A program made the position numbers and the translations under genes. Positions 38,093 to 44,089 of a DNA stretch of 44,089 nucleotides are shown piece after piece (position 1 is the first letter of the stretch; every line of letters begins with the position of its first letter). The stretch comes from Verrucomicrobiota bacterium (lineage in GTDB: Bacteria; Verrucomicrobiota; Lentisphaeria; Lentisphaerales; Lentisphaeraceae): the NCBI GenBank assembly GCA_039798785.1, contig JBDKFG010000040.1, positions 1 to 44,089 on the forward strand, given 5' to 3'. The notes beneath the pieces are model-generated. The model had not been told where the DNA came from, ran no database searches, and worked only from the letters and a program-made list of their open reading frames with translations.

Positions 38093-39073
38093 ATGCCCGT
38101 CATCGAATACCGCACCGCTCTCAACCAGGCTCTCGACGAAGAGATGACCCGCGATTCCCGCGTCTTCATCATGGGCGAGGAAGTCGCCCAGTTCAACGGC
38201 GCCTACAAAGTCACCCGCGGCCTCTGGGCCAAATGGGGCGACAAACGCGTCAAGGACACCCCGATCACCGAAGCCGGCTTCGCCGGCATCGGCGTCGGCG
38301 CCGCCATGATGGGCCTCCGCCCCGTGGTCGAGTTCATGAGCTTCAACTTCTCCCTCGTCGCCATCGACCAGATCGTCTCCAACGCCGCCAAGATGTACTA
38401 CATGACCGGCGGCGAGTTCAACGTCCCGATGGTCTTCCGCGGCGCCAACGGCGCCGCCGCCCAGGTCAGCTCGCAGCACTCGCACAACCTCGAGAGCTTC
38501 TACGCCCACATCCCCGGCCTGATCGTCATCACCCCCAGCACCCCCTACGACGCCAAGGGCCTGCTCAAGTCGGCCATCCGCAACAACAACCCCGTCATCT
38601 TCATGGAGAATGAATTCCTCTATGGCACCACGGGCGAAGTTCCGGAAGGCGAGTACACCATCCCCATCGGCGTCGGCGACATCAAGCGCAAGGGCAAGGA
38701 CTGCACCCTCGTCGCCCACCTCCGCCAGGTCACCTACGCCCTCGAGGCCGCCAAGATCCTCGAGAAGGAAGGCATCGACGTCGAGATCGTCGACCCCCGC
38801 ACCATCAAGCCCCTCGACATCGACCTGATCTGCAGCTCGGTCCGCAAGACCCGCCGCTGCGTCGTCACCGAGGAAGGCCACTTCTTCTGCGGCTTCGGCT
38901 CCGAAGTCGCCGCCCAGGTCCACGAACGCTGCTTCGACGACCTCGACCACCCGGTCGTCCGCGTGTCGCAGTCCGACAACCCGCTTCCCTACGCCAAGAA
39001 CCTCGAAGCGGCCTCCCTGCCGAGCGTCGACAAGATCGTCGCCGCCGTCAAGAAGACCATGTACCGCAAGTAA
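38093..39073 (+). CDS. pdhB: Pyruvate dehydrogenase E1 beta subunit
   Basis: MGEEVAQFNGAYKVT, DTPITEAGFAG, QHSH, PYDAKGLLK, LPYAKNLE. Confidence 0.94.
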   Translation: MPVIEYRTALNQALDEEMTRDSRVFIMGEEVAQFNGAYKVTRGLWAKWGDKRVKDTPITEAGFAGIGVGAAMMGLRPVVEFMSFNFSLVAIDQIVSNAAKMYYMTGGEFNVPMVFRGANGAAAQVSSQHSHNLESFYAHIPGLIVITPSTPYDAKGLLKSAIRNNNPVIFMENEFLYGTTGEVPEGEYTIPIGVGDIKRKGKDCTLVAHLRQVTYALEAAKILEKEGIDVEIVDPRTIKPLDIDLICSSVRKTRRCVVTEEGHFFCGFGSEVAAQVHERCFDDLDHPVVRVSQSDNPLPYAKNLEAASLPSVDKIVAAVKKTMYRK

Positions 39074-39094
39074 TCAGGCCGAGGAACACCCACA

Positions 39095-40429
39095 ATGTCA
39101 GTCACACTCATCAAGCTCCCCAGCCTGAGCCCCACCATGGACAAGGGCACCATCGCCACCTGGAAGATCAAGGAAGGCGACTTCGTCAAGAACGGCCAGG
39201 TGATCGCCGCCATCGCCACCGACAAGTCCACCGTGGACTATGAGTCGATGGAAGAAGGCTACGTCCGCAAGATCGTCCTCGCCGCCGGCACCGAAGCGCT
39301 GGTCAACGACGTCTGCGCCGTCCTCACCGACGCCAAGGACGAGGCTTTCGAGGCCGCCCTCGAGGCCGCCCTCGCCAAGCAGAAGGCCGCCGCCGCTCCC
39401 GCCCCGGCCGCCTCCGCCGCCGCCGCTCCCGCCGCTGAAGCCGCCGCCGCCCCCAAGGCCGCGCCCGCCGCCGGCTCCACCCTCTCGGTCGGCCTGGTGC
39501 CCGTCGCCCTGCCTCCCAAGAAGGTCGCCGCCCCCCTCGGCTTCAAGGCCGAGAACGCCAACTTCAAGGCCTCGCCCGCCGCCCGCAAGGTCGCCGCCGA
39601 CAAGAACATCAACCTCGCCAAGGTCGAGCCCAAGACCACCGGCGAACGCATCGTTCTCGAGGACCTCAAGGACCTGCCGCACGGCTACGGCCAGAACGAA
39701 GCCCAGAAGGGCGGCGGTCTCGTCGGCTATGTCGCCCGCTCCGAAGAGCCGGTGAAGAAGATCGCCCTCGGGCAGATGCGCAAGGCGATCGCCGACCGCA
39801 TGGTCCAGGCCTCCACCGCCGTCCCCGTCATCTACGTCACCACCCCGGTCGAGATGGACCGCCTCATCGACCTGCGCAAGCAGCTCAACTCGATCGAAGG
39901 CATGAAGATCTCGATCAACGACTTCGTCGTCAAGGCCGTCGCCCTCGCCCTGCGCGCCCACCCCGCGGTCAACGCCGCCTTCCAGGGTGACCACATCGCC
40001 CAGTTCAACGACGTCGACGTCTCGGTCGCCGTGTCGATCCCGGACGGCCTGATCACGCCGATCGTCCGCTCCGCCGACCAGAAGGGCCTCGCCGCCATCT
40101 CCGCCGAAGTCAAGTCGCTCGCCGCCAAGGCCAAGGCCGGCAAGCTGTCGCTCGAGGAATACCAGGGCGGCTCCTTCACCATCTCCAACCTCGGCATGTT
40201 CGGCGCGGTCGAGACCTTCACCGCCATCCTCAACCCGCCCCAGGCCGCCATCCTCGCCGTCGCCGGCACCATGCCGGAAGTCCGCCTGGTCAACGGCCAG
40301 GTCAAGGAAGTCCAGGTCTGCCGCCTCACCATCACCTGCGATCACCGGGTCATCGACGGCGCCCTCGCCGCCGAATTCCTCGCCACCCTCAAAGGGCTTC
40401 TCGAAAGCCCCGTCAAGCTCGTTCTCTGA
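39095..40429 (+). CDS. pdhC: Dihydrolipoamide acetyltransferase E2
   Basis: Lipoyl domain (LSPTM...TDKS), Ala/Pro linker, ASPAARK binding domain, ISNLGMFG, CDHRVIDG. Confidence 0.94.
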   Translation: MSVTLIKLPSLSPTMDKGTIATWKIKEGDFVKNGQVIAAIATDKSTVDYESMEEGYVRKIVLAAGTEALVNDVCAVLTDAKDEAFEAALEAALAKQKAAAAPAPAASAAAAPAAEAAAAPKAAPAAGSTLSVGLVPVALPPKKVAAPLGFKAENANFKASPAARKVAADKNINLAKVEPKTTGERIVLEDLKDLPHGYGQNEAQKGGGLVGYVARSEEPVKKIALGQMRKAIADRMVQASTAVPVIYVTTPVEMDRLIDLRKQLNSIEGMKISINDFVVKAVALALRAHPAVNAAFQGDHIAQFNDVDVSVAVSIPDGLITPIVRSADQKGLAAISAEVKSLAAKAKAGKLSLEEYQGGSFTISNLGMFGAVETFTAILNPPQAAILAVAGTMPEVRLVNGQVKEVQVCRLTITCDHRVIDGALAAEFLATLKGLLESPVKLVL

Positions 40430-40449
40430 GCTGAACAAGGATAAGCACC

Positions 40450-41862
40450 ATGTCCCACTTCGAAAAATACGACATCGTCGTCATCGGCGCCGGCCCCGGC
40501 GGTTACGTCGCCGCCATCAAGGCCGCCCAGGCCGGCAAGAAGACCCTCTGCATCGACAAGGCCGAACTCGGCGGCATCTGCCTCAACTGGGGCTGCATCC
40601 CCACCAAGGCCCTGCTCAAATCTGCCGAGCTGATGCACTACACCAAAAAAGCCGCCGACTTCGGCATCAACACCGGCGCCGTCTCCCATGACTTCGCCAA
40701 GGTGATCGCCCGCAGCCGCGGCGTCTCCGGCACCATGACCAAGGGCATCGAGTTCCTCTTCAAGAAGAACAAGGTCGAATTCCTCCGCGCCTCGGCCCGC
40801 GTCGTCGCCTCCAACCTGATCGAGGCCACCGCCGCCGACGGCTCGAAGAAGAACATCACCTGCGACGCCATCGTCGTCGCCACCGGCGCCTCGCCCGCCG
40901 TCATCCCCGCCTTCCCGGTCGACGGCAAGAACGTCATCTCCTACCGCCAGGCCCTCGAGTGCACCGAGCAGCCGAAGAAGCTCCTGGTCATCGGCGCCGG
41001 CGCCATCGGCGTCGAATTCTCCTACTTCTTCAACGCCTTCGGCACCGAAGTCACCATCGTCGAAGCCCTCGACCAGCTTCTGCCGGTCGAAGACAAGGAT
41101 TCCGGCAAGGTCCTCAAGATGGCCTTCAAGAAGCAGGGAATCACCTCCTACACCTCCTCCAAGGTCAAGAGCGTCACCGTGGTCAAAGACGGCGTCATCG
41201 ACGCGGTCATCGAAGACGACAGCGGCAAGGAGATCAAGCTCACCGTCGACCGCGTCCTCGTCGCCATCGGGATGAAGCCCAACACCGCCGGCCTCGGCCT
41301 GGCCGAAGCCGGCGTCGCCCTCGACGCCCGCGGCTTCGTCAAGGTCAACGAATTCTGCCAGACCAGCTCCGCCGGCATCTACGCCATCGGCGACTGCGCC
41401 GGCCGCCAATTGCTCGCCCACAAGGCCAGCTTCGAAGGCGAGGTCGCCATCGCCCACATTCTCAACCCGAAGAAGGCTCACGGCCTCGACTACGGCCAGG
41501 TTCCCGGCTGCACCTACTGCCAGCCCCAGGTCGCCTCGGTCGGCCTCACCGAAGCCAAGGCCAAGGAACTCGGCCGCGAAGTCAAGATCGGCAAGTTCCC
41601 CTTCACCGCCTCCGGCAAGGCCCAGGCCATCGCCGCCGCCGACGGCTTCGTCAAGCTGATCTTCGACGCCAAGACCGACGCCCTCATCGGCGCCCACATC
41701 GTCGGCATCGATGCCACCGAGATGATCGCCGAGCTCAGCCTCGCCCTCAAGCTCGAAGCCACCGCCGCCGAAATCGGCGCCACCATCCACGCCCACCCGA
41801 CCCTCGCGGAAGCGATCATGGAAGCCGCCCTCGACGCCCACGGCGAAGCGGTCCACATCTGA
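40450..41862 (+). CDS. lpdA: Dihydrolipoamide dehydrogenase E3
   Basis: GAGPGGYVAA, GGICLNWGCIPTK, GAGAIGVE, HAHPTLAE. Confidence 0.96.
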   Translation: MSHFEKYDIVVIGAGPGGYVAAIKAAQAGKKTLCIDKAELGGICLNWGCIPTKALLKSAELMHYTKKAADFGINTGAVSHDFAKVIARSRGVSGTMTKGIEFLFKKNKVEFLRASARVVASNLIEATAADGSKKNITCDAIVVATGASPAVIPAFPVDGKNVISYRQALECTEQPKKLLVIGAGAIGVEFSYFFNAFGTEVTIVEALDQLLPVEDKDSGKVLKMAFKKQGITSYTSSKVKSVTVVKDGVIDAVIEDDSGKEIKLTVDRVLVAIGMKPNTAGLGLAEAGVALDARGFVKVNEFCQTSSAGIYAIGDCAGRQLLAHKASFEGEVAIAHILNPKKAHGLDYGQVPGCTYCQPQVASVGLTEAKAKELGREVKIGKFPFTASGKAQAIAAADGFVKLIFDAKTDALIGAHIVGIDATEMIAELSLALKLEATAAEIGATIHAHPTLAEAIMEAALDAHGEAVHI

Positions 41863-41878
41863 GCTGATTCCAGCTTGA

Positions 41879-41918
41879 AATTGCGCCCGCCGCGAAGAGA
41901 TTCGCGGCGGGCGCAATT
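41879..41918 (+). terminator. Perfect 18-bp hairpin with a GAGA loop after lpdA
   Basis: AATTGCGCCCGCCGCGAA-GAGA-TTCGCGGCGGGCGCAATT; weak U-tract. Confidence 0.6.
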
Positions 41919-41948
41919 CTATGAAACCAGGAACACCTTGGCCCTCTA

Positions 41949-42590
41949 ATGATCAAATCGCCACAGAAAAATCCTTTGTCTCAAGATTCAGGGTTTTGCA
42001 AAGCCTGTAAGCTTTTGGCGGGGCTTTCATTCTCATGCATTCTGGCCGCTGGGACTGTGGCGCTGCTTGAAGGACCGAACTTGGCCACAGAAATCTTCAG
42101 TGTCGTCGCCATCATGAGCTTGCTGGTCCTTATGCTTCTGCTGCTGGGCCTCATCCCATTCCTCATCCTGACCAGCCTCTGGCAAGAAAGGCGTAATCGT
42201 CGGCGTTGGCCGAAAGCAGAATGCCAGGATCCTTTCTGGGGGACGATGATCCGAAATGCCGGAGAAACTTCATGGACCTGTGAGAAGGAATTTCACACGG
42301 GGGCTCGCATCAATGTCAGTTTTCACGATGTCGATAATCACCCCTCCGAGTCGGACTTGGTCCTTTTGGCCAAAATCTGGCCGGAACTCCAGTCTTATCA
42401 AGACAAGGCCATTTCACGCTTGGCCGAAGAGAATGACTTGCCCGAGCCTGGTTTCGAATTGGCTTCTCTTGTCAGCCTGGGGCATGATGGCACCCTAGCG
42501 ATGACCTTCCACCACGCATCCGATGACTATGGCGGCTGGGAGGTGATCTTCCGTGACGGCATGGTTATCGGAAGCGTTTACATGGATTAA
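41949..42590 (+). CDS. Hypothetical membrane protein with two N-terminal TM segments
   Basis: Hydrophobic stretches then a soluble domain; lower GC3 than the pdh genes. Confidence 0.55.
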   Translation: MIKSPQKNPLSQDSGFCKACKLLAGLSFSCILAAGTVALLEGPNLATEIFSVVAIMSLLVLMLLLLGLIPFLILTSLWQERRNRRRWPKAECQDPFWGTMIRNAGETSWTCEKEFHTGARINVSFHDVDNHPSESDLVLLAKIWPELQSYQDKAISRLAEENDLPEPGFELASLVSLGHDGTLAMTFHHASDDYGGWEVIFRDGMVIGSVYMD

Positions 42591-42645
42591 CTCAGGATCT
42601 TCCTCGTCCTATTTTGACAGTCTACACAGCCAAAAGGAACATCCC

Positions 42646-43362
42646 ATGATCATCCCCACCGAGTTCGGCGAATTGATGCTTGAGCGCGAATACACTTGGG
42701 AAAAACCCGAAGGCAAAACGAGCTTGATCGTCCAGATCGACAAGCCGCGGCCTCACCCCGAGGGCGACTGGTATTGCTGTTGGCGCTTCCAGCCTGCGGA
42801 AGACGCAAAGGTCCTCTACGCCTGCGGCATCGACAGCCTGCAATCACTCAGCCTCGCTTTGGACGCGATTAAGCGGCAGCTCAAGGCGAGAATTGCTCGC
42901 GGCGACAAGATCTATTTTCTCGCTCCCGAGATGGATCTGGTCCACAATCATGACATGAGCGTCCGCGTCACGGTCTGCGGCATCCTGAAGGCCTCGCGCG
43001 ACTACCTTCGCCTCGACGACATGCCGGCGGAATTGCGTCGAGATGTCGAAGCGACGATGGCCTGGGGTCAGGAATTCCTGGATCAGGACAAGAGCTCGGC
43101 CAAGAAATCAGCGAAGGCCCCCAAGGTCAAGGGGCCGAGCGCCCGGCAGCTCGACTATTTGCGCTTCCTTCATCGCTACATCGAGCTTCATCGGCGCCCC
43201 CCTTCGGAGAGCGAAATCGTCTACCACATGCGGGTCACCGCCCCCTCGGCGCACGACATGATCATCAAGCTGGAAGAGCTCGGCTATATCGAACGGACCC
43301 CAGGCGCCGCCCGCTCCATCAGGCTGCTGATCGCCCCCAAGCTCTTGCGGGGCAAAAGCTGA
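42646..43362 (+). CDS. Two-domain protein: DUF6968-like N-terminus + LexA-like winged HTH, no peptidase domain
   Basis: C-terminal SARQLDYLRFL...PPSESEI...SAHDMIIKLEELGYIERTPGAARSI; N-terminal DWYC...GIDSLQSLSLAL; AAGGA RBS before ATG 42646. Confidence 0.7.
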   Translation: MIIPTEFGELMLEREYTWEKPEGKTSLIVQIDKPRPHPEGDWYCCWRFQPAEDAKVLYACGIDSLQSLSLALDAIKRQLKARIARGDKIYFLAPEMDLVHNHDMSVRVTVCGILKASRDYLRLDDMPAELRRDVEATMAWGQEFLDQDKSSAKKSAKAPKVKGPSARQLDYLRFLHRYIELHRRPPSESEIVYHMRVTAPSAHDMIIKLEELGYIERTPGAARSIRLLIAPKLLRGKS

Positions 43363-43430
43363 TTGATCGAACCAGGATTCGCCTGTTAGAAGCGGCAACA
43401 GGGGCCCCTATTAGATGGTTACCGCTTCAC

Positions 43431-43451
43431 ATGATACACGCCGTGTATCAT
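43431..43451. promoter_or_regulatory. Perfect 21-bp palindrome (10-bp arms, 1-nt spacer)
   Basis: ATGATACACG-C-CGTGTATCAT. Confidence 0.55.
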
Positions 43452-43758
43452 AATCACAAAACTAAGCAAATGAATAATTTGTGGTGTCTTTGCGTCGGGA
43501 AAGGGTCAGGGAAAACCCGGCGCTACGGGTTGTCCCTGCAGGAGCGCAGCGACGCCAATTCATAAGGGGTTTGGTCGCGACCCCAAGCGGGGTGCGGGGC
43601 GGCAGCCCTGCGTCTCCTTGTCCCGCGCCGCAGGCTTCGGTTCCGGCGGAGTCGGATTAGGTTCAGAATTTTGAGGGAAGAAGCAAAAATCCTCCCGAAA
43701 AACTTGCTTTCGCTTCCGACCTGTCGTAGACTGCTTGAAATCGATCAGGAAATCTCCT

Positions 43759-44089
43759 ATGGATCACCAGCCAGCAGACACCCTCCGTGGCGAATTGGTC
43801 AAGAAACCCGCCGTGGAAACTCGTTCCTTCACCAACCGTGGCCAACTCGCCTCAGTTAGCCTGGGAGCCCCGCATGCCGATGCGGGCCTGGTTGCCTCCT
43901 TCACCTACGACGCCGCCGGCCGCGAAACCTCCCGCACCTACGGCAACGGCCTCACCACCACGAGCAGCTACTCCCGCGCCGACAACCTGATCACCTCGAT
44001 CACTGTCGCCAACAAGCCCGAGCTCAGCTTCAACTACAGCTACGACTCCAACAAAAACGTCACCGCCGAACAACGCGGTGGCTCCATGG
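43759..44089 (+). CDS. RHS/YD-repeat protein, orphan module running off the window edge
   Basis: Manual translation from ATG 43759 (AGGA upstream): ...RSFTNRGQLASV...VASFTYDAAGRETSRTYGNGLTTTSSYSRADNLITSITV...FNYSYDSNKNVTAE; no stop before the edge. Confidence 0.8.
   Translation, partial: MDHQPADTLRGELVKKPAVETRSFTNRGQLASVSLGAPHADAGLVASFTYDAAGRETSRTYGNGLTTTSSYSRADNLITSITVANKPELSFNYSYDSNKNVTAEQRGGSM

Noticed and set aside
39380..39480. GCC-rich repeats in pdhC
   Set aside because: This is the ordinary Ala/Pro linker of E2 subunits.

Overview
GC-rich bacterial chromosomal window; gene content is compatible with a PVC-group organism such as Lentisphaerota or Verrucomicrobiota, but that assignment is tentative. 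Most of it is housekeeping: guaA, serB, a PLP transsulfuration enzyme, murI, an ECF sigma/anti-sigma operon, sbcDC, a lipid A acyltransferase, an FHA-GAF protein, two methyltransferases, an AsnB-type amidotransferase, phhA, trpF, queC, a GAF-PilB/GspE ATPase and a complete pdhABC-lpdA operon. Accessory features are: (1) a sugar-acid operon (Gfo/Idh/MocA, D-mannonate oxidoreductase, gluconokinase, MFS, LarA-family epimerase) suggesting a mannonate-to-gluconate route; (2) a frameshifted GxxExxY PD-(D/E)xK nuclease gene inside that operon, bracketed by hairpin-forming 9-nt-period repeats; (3) several more intergenic 8-9-nt-period inverted repeat elements of different sequence but similar design; (4) an AT-rich Cys-rich ORF coupled to a recoded guaA 3' end; (5) an IS110 remnant; (6) a ~1840-aa HEAT-repeat protein; (7) at the right edge, a LexA-like HTH fusion, a perfect palindrome, a hairpin cluster and an orphan RHS module absent from the ORF track. 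No rRNA, tRNA or CRISPR array was seen. All family calls come from motif recognition by eye, not database searches.
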